A stretch of 64,000 nucleotides of DNA, taken from assembly GCA_963665295.1 (NCBI GenBank), contig OY762209.1, positions 3,840,001 through 3,904,000 on the forward strand. Reading direction: 5' to 3'. The notes beneath the pieces are model-generated. The model did not search any database, was not told the origin of the DNA, and saw only the letters and a program-made list of their open reading frames with translations. The stretch is from Syntrophorhabdaceae bacterium (GTDB taxonomy: Bacteria; Desulfobacterota; Syntrophorhabdia; Syntrophorhabdales; Syntrophorhabdaceae). Of the stretch, positions 10,341 to 22,844 are shown in pieces (position 1 is the stretch's first letter; every line of letters begins with the position of its first letter). The translations under genes and the position numbers were made by a program.

Positions 10341-11123
10341 TCAGACTCCTTTCTGGTCCCTGAGAAAGAGCGTTTCAAAGTTCCGACGGATGTGAAGGGC
10401 CATCTCGTCTATCCCGATGTTCCTTATCTTGGCCAGCCTCTCCACCGTGATTTTAACGAAATGAGGCACATTTCTCTTGCCCCTGTAAGGGTGGGGCGCA
10501 AGAAACGGGGCGTCCGTCTCGGCAAGGATTCTGTCTTGAGGGATGTATCGCGCTACATCGACCAGGGTTGTGTTTTTATTGTAGGTTATTGTTCCCGGAA
10601 TGGAGAGGTAAAAGCCCATGTCGAGCAGTTTGCGGGCAGTCTCCACATCATAAGAAAAGCAGTGGATAACGCCGCCTGCACTCAAACCGCCGATCAAGTC
10701 CCGGAGGGTGGCGACTGTTTCTCTCGCGGCATTTCTCGAATGTACAATAACAGGGAGGCCTACGAGTTTTGCAAGTTCAATCTGTCCTTCGAAAGCCTTT
10801 ATCTGGGCCCCCTGGGGCGAACGGTTCTTGAAGAAATCGAGACCTATTTCACCGAGAGCGAGCATCTTCGGGTGTTTCAGGGAGGAAATGAGCCTCTCCC
10901 TTGCGTGATCGTTGAAATCCCCGGCATTGTGAGGATGGATACCGATTGCGCCATATACCTCGGGGTATTTGTCTATGATCTCCGTTACTTTCGCGAAATA
11001 CCGCTCTTCGGTGCCCACGGTCAGCATACAGACAAGCCCTTCAACCAGACTTGCCTTTATGATTTCGTCCCTGTCGTCATCGAAGTCCTCTATCTCGAGA
11101 TGGCAATGCGTGTCTACATACAT
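10341..11123 (-). CDS. tatD: TatD family DNase
   Basis: DTHCHL, GIHP, GEIGLD, HSR, HCF and ETDAPFL motifs; start set at MYVDTHCH. Confidence 0.95.
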   Translation of the reverse strand: MYVDTHCHLEIEDFDDDRDEIIKASLVEGLVCMLTVGTEERYFAKVTEIIDKYPEVYGAIGIHPHNAGDFNDHARERLISSLKHPKMLALGEIGLDFFKNRSPQGAQIKAFEGQIELAKLVGLPVIVHSRNAARETVATLRDLIGGLSAGGVIHCFSYDVETARKLLDMGFYLSIPGTITYNKNTTLVDVARYIPQDRILAETDAPFLAPHPYRGKRNVPHFVKITVERLAKIRNIGIDEMALHIRRNFETLFLRDQKGV

Positions 11124-11129
11124 GGATGA

Positions 11130-11158
11130 TTTATAGCACATTATAGGTCGCTATTCAA
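11130..11158 (-). promoter_or_regulatory. sigma70-type promoter directly abutting the tatD start
   Basis: Minus strand TTGAAT-N17-TATAAA with an extended TG, then 6 nt to ATG. Confidence 0.5.
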
Positions 11159-11197
11159 ATAAGGATGGGCGTCCGGCTTCAAGGGCGCCGGTTCCTT

Positions 11198-11821
11198 TTA
11201 GCGCGCAACAGTACGTCTCACCTCCGCGGAGATGTCTCTGCTCAGGTCCTCCAGGGCGTCACCCATCGCGGCAACCACGTCGCTGTATTCGTTTCCCTTG
11301 ACAGGCTTTTTCACGGAAGTCTCGCGTATCATCCCCAGGGTCTTGTCTTTCGCAACCACAACCCACCTTGCCTGAACCGTGACGTCCCCGCCCTTAACTG
11401 CATCCAGACGGATGATGTTCACCGGCACCCTGTAGGTGGTGGGCACGTATGACCGCCAGGATACGACCGTCACTGCGTGAGGCGTGAGAAATACGGAAAG
11501 GTTTTCCAGAAGGACCCGTGCTACTCCGTCTTTCAGGGACCCTCCCCACAGGTCGAACTCTGCCACATTGAGTTGGTTCCTGCCTGCGCGCGTGATAATC
11601 TGCGCCTGATCGACGTAATCGGGTATTTCGACGGGTCCGACCCCGAGGCTGATCACGCTCTCCTTCTTTGACACGGAATCAACGGCCGCGGCCCGGGAGG
11701 TTACGGACTGAAGGGTATAGAATCTGGGAGGCTGCGAGGTGCCGCATCCTATGATCAAAAATGGAAAGACCCCCGCCGTGATTGCAAGGATTATCTTCTG
11801 TACCAAGGACAACCTCTTCAT
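11198..11821 (-). CDS. PqiC-like ABC-type transport auxiliary lipoprotein
   Basis: Lipobox IIGC; PRFYTL, GVGPVEIPDYVD and WGGSL motifs; lies downstream of an MCE gene. Confidence 0.85.
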   Translation of the reverse strand: MKRLSLVQKIILAITAGVFPFLIIGCGTSQPPRFYTLQSVTSRAAAVDSVSKKESVISLGVGPVEIPDYVDQAQIITRAGRNQLNVAEFDLWGGSLKDGVARVLLENLSVFLTPHAVTVVSWRSYVPTTYRVPVNIIRLDAVKGGDVTVQARWVVVAKDKTLGMIRETSVKKPVKGNEYSDVVAAMGDALEDLSRDISAEVRRTVAR

Positions 11822-11822
11822 G

Positions 11823-12782
11823 TCACTCTCCTTTACCTTGTTTGCCTTTCACCACGGCTTCGGGATACCGTTGGAGATAGTCGGTGAGGTACCGCACCGA
11901 GCGGGCGGTCTTCGAAACTTCCTGAAGGGTATGGTCTACATCGATAACCAGTACCGAGTTTTCCGAGGCGACTTCCTGCACGGACAGGAGGGTCTTCTCG
12001 GCCTGCGCCAGCGTGCCCTGGGCTGTCTTCAGGACATCATCCAGTTGCTTTGGGACAGCTTCCGTTTTCGCCAAAACCTGCTTCACGGATTTCGACGAAT
12101 CTTTGAGATTGGCCAGGATGGGGTCTATCTGGTCGTTGACCTTCTTGAGTATCCCTTTGGCCTCCATCAGTCCTTCACTCAAGGATTCAATGCCGGTGAC
12201 GAGTTTCGGAGAATTGACCGCTTTATCGATTCCTTCGAGGGAATGCATCAGTTTGTCGATAATATCCTTCAAGGGGATCTCGGAGGCAGTTCTCAGAAAC
12301 TGGTCGAGGTCGGAAGGAATTGTGGGAATCTCCGGGACTCGCTTGTCACGTCCGACAAGCCTGACGGGCGTGTTGGGGAAGAAATCCAGGTTCACCATCA
12401 ACTGACCCGTTACGATGCTCTGTATATCGAGCTGCGCCCTCAGGCCTTTGGCAATCAGCTTTGGCAACTGCTCCTCCGCGGGTTCGTCGCCTATTACCTT
12501 CACCTTGTTGAGATCGATCTCGACATAGACGGGGATGATAAATGACGTATCCTTGGGGTCGAACTGGAGTTGCACATTGGTCACCGAGCCCACCCTGACA
12601 CCGCGGAACATTACGGGCGAGCCGACGTTGAGCCCTTTTACCGAGCCCTGGAAGTACATGACATCGATCAATTTCTCGGTGAAGAGCTTTCCCGATCCGA
12701 AGATGACCACGGCTACCACGGCGAGAGCCACCGCTCCAACCACAAAGGCGCCGATAAGTGTTTTATTTGCGGGCTTACTCAT
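11823..12782 (-). CDS. MCE/MlaD family protein
   Basis: N-terminal TM; GLNVGSPVMFRGVRVGSV MCE motif; helical C-terminus. Confidence 0.92.
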   Translation of the reverse strand: MSKPANKTLIGAFVVGAVALAVVAVVIFGSGKLFTEKLIDVMYFQGSVKGLNVGSPVMFRGVRVGSVTNVQLQFDPKDTSFIIPVYVEIDLNKVKVIGDEPAEEQLPKLIAKGLRAQLDIQSIVTGQLMVNLDFFPNTPVRLVGRDKRVPEIPTIPSDLDQFLRTASEIPLKDIIDKLMHSLEGIDKAVNSPKLVTGIESLSEGLMEAKGILKKVNDQIDPILANLKDSSKSVKQVLAKTEAVPKQLDDVLKTAQGTLAQAEKTLLSVQEVASENSVLVIDVDHTLQEVSKTARSVRYLTDYLQRYPEAVVKGKQGKGE

Positions 12783-12833
12783 GCTTTATCTCCTTCTTTG
12801 TTGATATCGCCAAACGAGTTGCCATCCTCCCTC

Positions 12834-13640
12834 TCATCCCGAACAACACGCGCCGGCCGCATCGTCCTTCTTCCTCTCCGGAGCTATACTGCCCCGCGTA
12901 AGAAATGCATGGACCGTAGGATTGGTGCAATGGGCAAGCAAGTCCTTCGGGTTTCCATTCGCAATCATTGTCTTTGACTCGGCGTCAAGGAAGACGGAAT
13001 TGCTCCCTATGGCAAATATGCTCGCCAGTTCATGGGTAACTACCACGATTGTTGCCCCCAGGCTGTCCCGAAGCTCCAGTATGAGGTCATCAAGGAGGCG
13101 GGCGCTGATAGGGTCCAATCCCGCGGAGGGTTCGTCGAAGAATAGGATCTCGGGGTCGAGGGCCATCGCCCTGGCAAGACCCGCACGTTTCTTCATCCCG
13201 CCGCTTATTTCCGACGGGTAGTATTCCTCAAATCCCGCAAGACCCACAAGGGAGAGTTTGAGAGACACGACCTCCCGAATCTGGGGAGGCGTGAGATCAG
13301 TGTACTCCTCGAGGAGGAGCGCGACATTTTCGGCCAGCGTCATGGAACTCCACAAAGCCCCGCTCTGATAGAGGATCCCGAAGTCTCTCATCGTGCGTTC
13401 TATCTCCTCGGGGTTCATGTCCCAGATGCTTTTCCCGTTATAGAAGACCCGGCCCTTTGCCGGCCTTTGCAGGCCGACGAGATGTCTCAGGAGGGTGCTC
13501 TTGCCGCAACCGCTTCCCCCCATGATGATGAAGATATCTCCCCGGTTAATGGAAAAATTAAGATCGCGCTGGATAAGGTTGCTCCCATAGGCCATGGTAA
13601 GGTCTTCTACGATAATATGGGCTTCTGGTGGTTGTGTCAT
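12834..13640 (-). CDS. MlaF-like ABC transporter ATP-binding protein
   Basis: GGSGCGKS, ISGGMKKRAGLARA and FFDEPSAGLDP motifs. Confidence 0.95.
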   Translation of the reverse strand: MTQPPEAHIIVEDLTMAYGSNLIQRDLNFSINRGDIFIIMGGSGCGKSTLLRHLVGLQRPAKGRVFYNGKSIWDMNPEEIERTMRDFGILYQSGALWSSMTLAENVALLLEEYTDLTPPQIREVVSLKLSLVGLAGFEEYYPSEISGGMKKRAGLARAMALDPEILFFDEPSAGLDPISARLLDDLILELRDSLGATIVVVTHELASIFAIGSNSVFLDAESKTMIANGNPKDLLAHCTNPTVHAFLTRGSIAPERKKDDAAGACCSG

Positions 13641-13697
13641 TTCTCTCTCACAGGCGAGGCATTGAATTCAATGGGCGCCGGTTTCCTTTTAGTTAAA

Positions 13698-14864
13698 TCA
13701 GATTCCCAGCATGTTGCAGAGTACGGTAATCAGCGCCGTAGCCACTATTATGCTCACAATACCGGTCACTACCGCGGAGGTAGTCGCATCCCCTACCGCC
13801 GATGCGCTTCTCCCGCACTGCATACCTCTCAGGCATCCCGCAACGGCAATGAGAATGCCGAATACGAGACCACTGAAAAGGCCGATCCACACGTTGACCA
13901 GGGTCACTGCGTTGCGTGTCTCGTTATAGTACTCTCTCACGCTGATATCGAACCCGCCGAGGACGGCGACGATCAACCCCCCCAATATTCCCATCAGATC
14001 TGAATAGAGGGTGAGGAGAGGCATCATGATTGCAAGGGCAAGGACCCTGGGGAGGACCAGAAATTCCATGGGTGATATGCCCGCCGTCTTCAGAGCGTCG
14101 ATCTCCTCGTTTACCTGCATGGTGCCTATTCTCGCGGCAAAGGATGCGCCCGTTCTGCCTGCCATGATTATTCCGGTCATGATCGCGCCCATGGCCCGGG
14201 TCATGGCGATCCCCACAAGGTCGGCAATGTATACCTGGGCTCCGAACATCTTGAGCTGGATGGACCCGACAAAAGCGAGTATAAGACCCACGAGGATGCT
14301 TATCAGGGAGACTATGGGAAGGGCGTCTGCTCCGCATTCCTGCAGGGTAAGCCACAGGTCCGAAGGGCGGAAGCGTGCTTTTCCCGTGCACATCTTGAAC
14401 AGGGCTACCGTGGTGTCGCCGATAAAGGTGAGGGTCTCGACGAAGGAGTTCCACGTACTGACGGCGGCTGCGCCGATCCGCTCGAGGAGGGGAGACTTTG
14501 CCGCGCCCCTACTGCCTCCTTTTCGTTCGGGAACGGCCATGGCCAGCGCGAGAAGACGCCTGGCCCCTTGAGGCAAGCCCGCGTCAATCACTTCTACCTT
14601 CTTTTGGGTGCCGAGGTTGGTTACGTTGATGAGGAAGGTCAGGAGGCCGCTATCCCAGGTGCCGAGATCGCCCGTGTTGAATGTGAGTTTTGCGGGAAGG
14701 GGTGTCTTGCCGAGTTCCGTTTCCACTTCAACTGCCGAGGGCAGGTGGCGGCTGAGCTTCCAATCGCCCGAAAGGTGGACAACAAGGTTTCCCTCAGGCG
14801 TTCTGTCGAGACTGAGCGCTCCTTGTTCTGTGACGGTACCGGGTCGTTGCAGTGGATTAGGCAT
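13698..14864 (-). CDS. MlaE family ABC permease with N-terminal STAS-like domain
   Basis: AGRTGASFAARIGTMQVNEEIDAL and VGDATTSAVV motifs; start uncertain (14864-14903). Confidence 0.92.
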   Translation of the reverse strand: MPNPLQRPGTVTEQGALSLDRTPEGNLVVHLSGDWKLSRHLPSAVEVETELGKTPLPAKLTFNTGDLGTWDSGLLTFLINVTNLGTQKKVEVIDAGLPQGARRLLALAMAVPERKGGSRGAAKSPLLERIGAAAVSTWNSFVETLTFIGDTTVALFKMCTGKARFRPSDLWLTLQECGADALPIVSLISILVGLILAFVGSIQLKMFGAQVYIADLVGIAMTRAMGAIMTGIIMAGRTGASFAARIGTMQVNEEIDALKTAGISPMEFLVLPRVLALAIMMPLLTLYSDLMGILGGLIVAVLGGFDISVREYYNETRNAVTLVNVWIGLFSGLVFGILIAVAGCLRGMQCGRSASAVGDATTSAVVTGIVSIIVATALITVLCNMLGI

Positions 14865-14956
14865 GATAAGGTCTATTTTAACGTTTCGCGACTCCATAAG
14901 CAAAACAAAAATGTATACTATTCCTCATCCCGCACATCGAAGATCATGATTGCTGC

Positions 14957-15625
14957 CTACCGGTGTTTCTTTACCCCTATCCTGGGACATAGACTGTTTA
15001 TGGGACATCTGTCGCAGAAGGGAGAGACTGGGGTACATACCTTCTGTCCGAAAGCGACCAGAAGGGTGTTGTAAACAATCCAGTATCTCTCGGGCAGGAT
15101 CGCCATGAGGACTTTCTCTGTGTGAAAGGGATCTCTCGTGGTAACGAGGCCGAGTCTGTTCGATATTCTGTGAACGTGTGTATCCACGCAAATAGCGGGT
15201 TTGCCGTAGCCCTCGTTGACGACCAGGTTTGCGGTCTTTCTTCCCACGCCTTTCATCTTCAGAAGTTCCTCCACGGTGTCCGGAACGACACCGTCATACT
15301 CCTCGAGGATGGTTTTTGAAACTTCTTTCAGAGTTCTGGTCTTGTTCCTGTAAAAGCCCACCGGGTATATAAGACTTTGCACTTCTTCGTCCGACAGGCC
15401 CAGTATCTCCCGGGGCGTCCGGGCCTTCTCCATGAGCCTTTTCATCGCCTGCTCGGTAGTCTCATCCTTTGTCCGAAGGCTGAGCAGCGTGCCGATGAGG
15501 ACGAGGAAGGGGTCTTTCCTGCTCCGGGACAACCGGGTGATGACGGGCACATCATCCTTCATGTAGTCAGTGAGAAGGCGCATTACTTCATCTATCCTCG
15601 ACTCATTCCACAGGGTGTTCACCAA
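14957..15625 (-). CDS. nth: endonuclease III (HhH-GPD DNA glycosylase/AP lyase), paralog 1
   Basis: KGVGRKTANLV, VDTHVHR and C-x6-C-x2-C-x5-C [4Fe-4S] motifs. Confidence 0.93.
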   Translation of the reverse strand: MVNTLWNESRIDEVMRLLTDYMKDDVPVITRLSRSRKDPFLVLIGTLLSLRTKDETTEQAMKRLMEKARTPREILGLSDEEVQSLIYPVGFYRNKTRTLKEVSKTILEEYDGVVPDTVEELLKMKGVGRKTANLVVNEGYGKPAICVDTHVHRISNRLGLVTTRDPFHTEKVLMAILPERYWIVYNTLLVAFGQKVCTPVSPFCDRCPINSLCPRIGVKKHR

Positions 15626-16061
15626 AGACCTCCTCCATGAATTGGGACATGCGGACCGCGTGGGACCCTTCCCAATAGATTTTACCGCACCGCGGACACT
15701 TCATGAACGTTTTATAGCGGTGGAAAACAAATTCGGGTACGCAATGCTCCGTATCGGCCCTGGAGATATGGATGAGGGGTACATTGCACACGATACATCG
15801 CGTCATCGCCTTCTCCGAATCAAGGTAAGGCCTTATAATGTGGCGTATTTCCTTCAACTGGGAGGAAGGCTTGTCGGAGCGGATGAATATGACACGGTCC
15901 CGATCCTTGATACCCATCCGTCTCGTAAGGAAGTAGTATGAGTCGTCAGGGTGCGAAAAGCCTTCGCCTTCCCTTATGCTTCTGACATACTCCGCGTCAA
16001 GGCCGACAATTCTAAGATATTTTGCGAGCTTACCGAGCATTGTGTCGCAGACGAATTTCAT
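15603..16061 (-). CDS. Mut7-C RNase (PIN-like) domain protein
   Basis: FVCDTMLGKLAKYLRIVG, RCIVCN and CPRCGKIYWEGSH motifs. Confidence 0.9.
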   Translation of the reverse strand: MKFVCDTMLGKLAKYLRIVGLDAEYVRSIREGEGFSHPDDSYYFLTRRMGIKDRDRVIFIRSDKPSSQLKEIRHIIRPYLDSEKAMTRCIVCNVPLIHISRADTEHCVPEFVFHRYKTFMKCPRCGKIYWEGSHAVRMSQFMEEVFGEHPVE

Positions 16062-16125
16062 GTCCTGGCGCAATCCTCCCAAAGGTATGACATTCCTCCC
16101 CCCATTCCGGGCGAACGGGGGAGCC

Positions 16126-17382
16126 TTATTCCTTCACCAGGGCCTTTCCCCGCTGTCGCGCATTCCGAAGGACTTCTTCCTCTCCGGGCACGTGCCGTCC
16201 TTCCATGACCACTTCTCCCATGCATATGACCGTATCGACGACATAACCATTGGAGGAATAAACTACATCGGAGTAAACGTCAAAACCCGGAGTCATCTCG
16301 GGCCTTGCGAGGTCCAGAAGGATGATGTCGGGGCTATTCCCTACTTCAATCTCCCACTCGCCGAGACCGAATATTCCGGCTGCCTTTCTTGTGGCAATAT
16401 CAAAGACTTCCCGCGCGGGAAGGGCGGTGGGGTCGTTGGTTGAGAACTTTGCGAGAAGGGACGCGGTTTTCATGGTTTCAATGAGATCAAGGTTGTTGTT
16501 GGAGGCACAGCCGTCGGTGCCGAGGCAGAAAGGTATTTGTCTCTTCAGGATATCCACATAAGGGAAGAACTTTCCCACGGCAAGCTTCATATTGGAGACA
16601 GGATTATGCACCAGGCTCACGCCTCTTTCTTCAAGCACATCGCAGTCGTGTTCATCAAGCCAGCACCCGTGACAGCCGATAAACCTCTTCGACAATACAT
16701 CCAGGGAGTCAAGAAATCCGACGGGTGACATGCCGTACTTATCCTGAGAGAAGGATGCCTCTTCACCCGTCTCGGAAAGGTGCATATGGATCAGGATGTC
16801 GTGTTTCTCGGAAAAATCGCGCATCCACTGGAGGCTTTCGCGGCATACCGTATAAATGGCATGAGGGCCGAAGGTGAAGGTGACCTGGGGCCGGTACTTC
16901 TCCGATAACTCGAAGAGCCTTATATTGTTCTCCACTTCGTCATGGCATTTCCCGGGGTCGAACATATCGATAAAAACCGCGCTTATGAAACCCCTTATGC
17001 CCGCGTCGCATACCGCCTTCGCGGTGGCCTCCCAGAACCAGTACATATCGTTGAAAGCGGTTACCCCGTTTTTGATCATCTCAAGACATGCGAGTCTCGC
17101 ACCCCAGTAGACATCTTCTTCAGCGAGCTTCGACTCGAGGGGCCATATCTTTTCCTCGAGCCAGGGCTTGAGGGGCATGTCATCCGCATACCCTCTGAAG
17201 AGGGTCATGGCAGAATGGGTGTGGCCATTTATGAACGACGGCAAGGCGACCTTGTCCTTACCGCTGATTATCCTGTCCGGCACGCGCCCGCAGGCGTCCG
17301 ATATCTCCGTGATTACGCCGTCTTCAATAAATATGTCCTTGGTTTTCTTTTCTAATTGTACACCCTTGACAAGTATGTTCAT
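16126..17382 (-). CDS. mtaD: 5'-methylthioadenosine/S-adenosylhomocysteine deaminase-like amidohydrolase
   Basis: GHTHSAMTLFRGYADD, HAIYT, HMHLSET and GTDGCASNNNLD motifs; adjacent to an MTAP-family gene. Confidence 0.8.
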   Translation of the reverse strand: MNILVKGVQLEKKTKDIFIEDGVITEISDACGRVPDRIISGKDKVALPSFINGHTHSAMTLFRGYADDMPLKPWLEEKIWPLESKLAEEDVYWGARLACLEMIKNGVTAFNDMYWFWEATAKAVCDAGIRGFISAVFIDMFDPGKCHDEVENNIRLFELSEKYRPQVTFTFGPHAIYTVCRESLQWMRDFSEKHDILIHMHLSETGEEASFSQDKYGMSPVGFLDSLDVLSKRFIGCHGCWLDEHDCDVLEERGVSLVHNPVSNMKLAVGKFFPYVDILKRQIPFCLGTDGCASNNNLDLIETMKTASLLAKFSTNDPTALPAREVFDIATRKAAGIFGLGEWEIEVGNSPDIILLDLARPEMTPGFDVYSDVVYSSNGYVVDTVICMGEVVMEGRHVPGEEEVLRNARQRGKALVKE

Positions 17383-17422
17383 TCAAAATCCCCTCGTGGT
17401 GCCTTTGTAGTAAGTAACCGCT

Positions 17423-18121
17423 TCAACAAGCCCCGTCCCTCTCCAGGAGTCCTGATAAGAGAGCTTCGATGGTTTGCAGACCCTTCGCAACATTTTTCGC
17501 AATCCGGTCCATGGTGAGAGGCACCTCGACAATCCCGTTACAATAATTATCGACAGAACACAGGCTTGCGTAAGGAATACCCGCCTCCCTGCAGAGGGTG
17601 GCTTCCGATGCCATGGTCATGCCGACGATATCCCCGTAGTTTCGAAGAAGTTCGATCTCTGCCCTTGTCTCCAGTCTCGGTCCCCGGGTCTGTATGTATA
17701 CCCCTCCCAGGGCGACATCCATGCCTGCCTCGCGACACCGGGCTCCGAGGTATTCCCTCAGTTCATCGTCCATTCCAGGAATGGTAAACCTCATTTCTTC
17801 GTCAAAAAAGGTAGGCACGTCCCAAAGGGAGATGAAATCGTGAGGCACCACGAATGAGGCAGGTCTAAGGCCCGGTTTGAGACTGCCCACGGAGTTGACC
17901 GCCACCACCTGATTCACATTCATCTTCCCGAGGGCCCAGATATGGGCGCGATGATTTATCCTGTGAGGGGGAAGGGGAGGGGTTCCGTGCCTTTGAACAA
18001 AAAAATGCCTGCCATCCGTTCTGATACGGGCCTCTCCATAAGGAGTCTCACAGGATAGTATTTCCCATCCCGTGAAGAGAGACGAAGCGGTGAGCGAGGT
18101 TCCGCCTATGATTGCGAGCAT
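17423..18121 (-). CDS. MTAP-family purine nucleoside phosphorylase (probably methylthioinosine-type)
   Basis: AIIGGTS, RHG, PPHRINHRA, GPRLETRAE, VGMT and SVDNY motifs. Confidence 0.88.
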   Translation of the reverse strand: MLAIIGGTSLTASSLFTGWEILSCETPYGEARIRTDGRHFFVQRHGTPPLPPHRINHRAHIWALGKMNVNQVVAVNSVGSLKPGLRPASFVVPHDFISLWDVPTFFDEEMRFTIPGMDDELREYLGARCREAGMDVALGGVYIQTRGPRLETRAEIELLRNYGDIVGMTMASEATLCREAGIPYASLCSVDNYCNGIVEVPLTMDRIAKNVAKGLQTIEALLSGLLERDGAC

Positions 18122-18202
18122 TCGAGCCGTCCTTTCTTCCTTATATTCTCTTTCTGCCTTATTCCGGCCGATTCACTTTTTACTATCCGTAGACTCCCGT
18201 AG

Positions 18203-20479
<2,277 letters not shown>

Positions 20480-20494
20480 TTAGAAGATAGGCAT

Positions 20495-22237
20495 ATGGAA
20501 AAACGATCTATTTCGGAAGTACTGGAGGAGATAGGGTCCCTCCTCGAGATTAAGGGAGAAAATTCGTTTAAAGTCAACGCCTACTACAAGGCGTCAAGGT
20601 CCCTGGCTGCCGTGGAGGACCTGGAGAAGGTCGTAAAGGAAAAAAAGCTGAGGGAAATCCAGGGCATCGGTGGGGCCCTTGCCGCGAAGATTGAAGAGTA
20701 TTACGAGACCGGCAAGATAGATTATCACGAAGAACTCAAGAAGGAAGTGCCCCCGGGTCTTCTTGAGATGGCGGAGGTCCCGAACCTGGGCCCCAAAAAG
20801 ATCAAGGTCCTTTACGCCGAGCTTGGTATTACGGACCTGGGCGAACTCGAATATGCGTGCAAGGAGAACAGGCTTATCACCCTCCCCGGTTTCGGGGAGA
20901 AGACCCAGGAGAATATCCTGAAAGGGATCGAGTTCCTTAAGAAGAATAAAGGGCGGTATCTCTTCGGCGACATCTACCCCATGGCAGAGGCAATCAAGGA
21001 TAGATTGAAGAAGTCTTTGCCCGGTCATCTTGTGGAGGTATGCGGAAGCATCCGCAGAAAGAAAGAGGTGGTGAGAGATATCGATGTTCTTGTTGCAGGA
21101 ACGGACTACGAACATGTCGCGTCCGTCTTTGTCTCGTTCCCCGAGGTGGATGAAGTGCTGCTCCGGGGCGATACCAAAACATCATGTCGACTGAGATCCG
21201 GCATCGAGGCTGATCTGAGGGTGGTAAACGAGGAATCGTTCCCTTACGCGCTCCTGTACTTCACAGGGAGTAAGGAACACAATGTAAAACTCAGGGGCAT
21301 AGCGAAGAAGAAGGGCTGGAAGTTGAACGAATACGGGTTGTTCGAGGATGAACGGCCGATTCGGTGCCTGAACGAGGCCGAGATATTTCGCGCCTTGGGT
21401 CTCTCTTTCGTTCCTCCGGAACTTAGGGAGGACATGGGGGAGATAGAGGCCGCGGAGCAGGGGTTGATCCCGGCCCTCGTGACCGAGGCGGATATAAAAG
21501 GCACGTTTCATGTCCATACCGACTTCAGCGACGGCCTGGAAGGGGTGGAGCGTATGGTCGATGCCGCCCGAGGCATGGGTTTCTCCTATGTGGGGATAAC
21601 GGACCACAGCAAGAGCGCGTACTACGCGGGGGGACTCAAGAAAGAAGATGTGCTGAGACAATGGGAGGCGATCGACAGCCTGAGGGTTCTCAATCCCGAC
21701 ATCTACATATTCAAGGGAATCGAAAGCGACATCCTGCCTGACGGCAGTCTCGACTACGATGAAGAGACTCTCGAGGGTTTCGATTTTGTTGTTGCGTCGG
21801 TGCACTCAAACTTCACCATGAAGCAGGAGGAGATGGAAACGAGGATCATAAAGGCTCTAAAGAACCCCTATACCACGATGCTCGGCCACCCCACGGGACG
21901 CCTCCTCCTTTCAAGGGACGGGTACAACGTGGATATGAGAAATATCATCGACGCCGCCAGTGATAACGGGGTGGTAATCGAACTGAACGCAAGCCGGTAC
22001 CGGCTTGACATAGACTGGCGTTATCTGAAATATGCAAAGGAGAGGGGCGTTCTCATATCGATCAACCCCGACGCACATTCTGTTCAGGGTATGGCTGAGA
22101 TACCCTACGGGGTCGGCATAGCCCGCAAGGGGTGGCAGGAAAGCAAAGATATATTGAATACAAGGGGTGTTAGTGATATAAAAGATACATTCCAGAGGCT
22201 TAGGAATGGAAGAAAATATAAAGGCTATAATACATAA
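20495..22237 (+). CDS. polX: DNA polymerase X / PHP 3'-5' exonuclease
   Basis: GSIRR, DIDVL, ADLRV and YFTGSKEHN motifs; PHP motifs HVHT, TDHS and NPDAH. The real start is MEKRSISE at 20495; the upstream part of the 991-aa ORF is antisense to ligA. Confidence 0.95.
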   Translation: MEKRSISEVLEEIGSLLEIKGENSFKVNAYYKASRSLAAVEDLEKVVKEKKLREIQGIGGALAAKIEEYYETGKIDYHEELKKEVPPGLLEMAEVPNLGPKKIKVLYAELGITDLGELEYACKENRLITLPGFGEKTQENILKGIEFLKKNKGRYLFGDIYPMAEAIKDRLKKSLPGHLVEVCGSIRRKKEVVRDIDVLVAGTDYEHVASVFVSFPEVDEVLLRGDTKTSCRLRSGIEADLRVVNEESFPYALLYFTGSKEHNVKLRGIAKKKGWKLNEYGLFEDERPIRCLNEAEIFRALGLSFVPPELREDMGEIEAAEQGLIPALVTEADIKGTFHVHTDFSDGLEGVERMVDAARGMGFSYVGITDHSKSAYYAGGLKKEDVLRQWEAIDSLRVLNPDIYIFKGIESDILPDGSLDYDEETLEGFDFVVASVHSNFTMKQEEMETRIIKALKNPYTTMLGHPTGRLLLSRDGYNVDMRNIIDAASDNGVVIELNASRYRLDIDWRYLKYAKERGVLISINPDAHSVQGMAEIPYGVGIARKGWQESKDILNTRGVSDIKDTFQRLRNGRKYKGYNT

Positions 22238-22844
22238 TCTCGAAGAAATGCATGGCGGCGGGAAGATTGAACTCAAGTATGAGACCCCGCTTCAGCTTGT
22301 TGTCGCCACAGTCCTGTCCGCACAGTGCACGGATGAAAGGGTCAACAGGCTTACTCCGGGTCTTTTTAAGAAATACAAGGACTTTGAGGACTATCTTAAT
22401 GTTCCTCTTGAGGAACTCGAAGGAGATATCAAACCTAGCGGCTTTTACCACAATAAGGCAAAGGCTATCAGGAATATCGCTTTCGAGGTCAACACGCGGT
22501 TCGGGGGCCATATCCCGGAAGATGTGGATACCCTCGCAACAATCAAGGGTCTGGGACGGAAATCGGCCAACCTTATCGCGGGAGTAGCCTTCGGCAAAGC
22601 GGCGATTGTAGTCGATACCCATGTGATCAGAGTGTCGGGCAGGGTAGGGCTGACCGGAAACAAGGACCCGGAAAAGATAGAAACCGACCTGAAGAAACAG
22701 GTCCCCGAGAGTGAATGGACAAAGTTTTCGCTTCTTGTAACCCTCCATGGCCGGTACGTGTGCAAGGCGAGGAAACCTGACTGTGAGAGATGTCTTATAC
22801 GCAACTACTGTGACTACTGGTTGGGAGGAATGGCAAATGTTTGA
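22206..22844 (+). CDS. nth: endonuclease III, paralog 2
   Basis: LSAQCTDERVN, KGLGRKSAN, VDTHV and CKARKPDCERCLIRNYC motifs. Confidence 0.93.
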   Translation: MEENIKAIIHNLEEMHGGGKIELKYETPLQLVVATVLSAQCTDERVNRLTPGLFKKYKDFEDYLNVPLEELEGDIKPSGFYHNKAKAIRNIAFEVNTRFGGHIPEDVDTLATIKGLGRKSANLIAGVAFGKAAIVVDTHVIRVSGRVGLTGNKDPEKIETDLKKQVPESEWTKFSLLVTLHGRYVCKARKPDCERCLIRNYCDYWLGGMANV

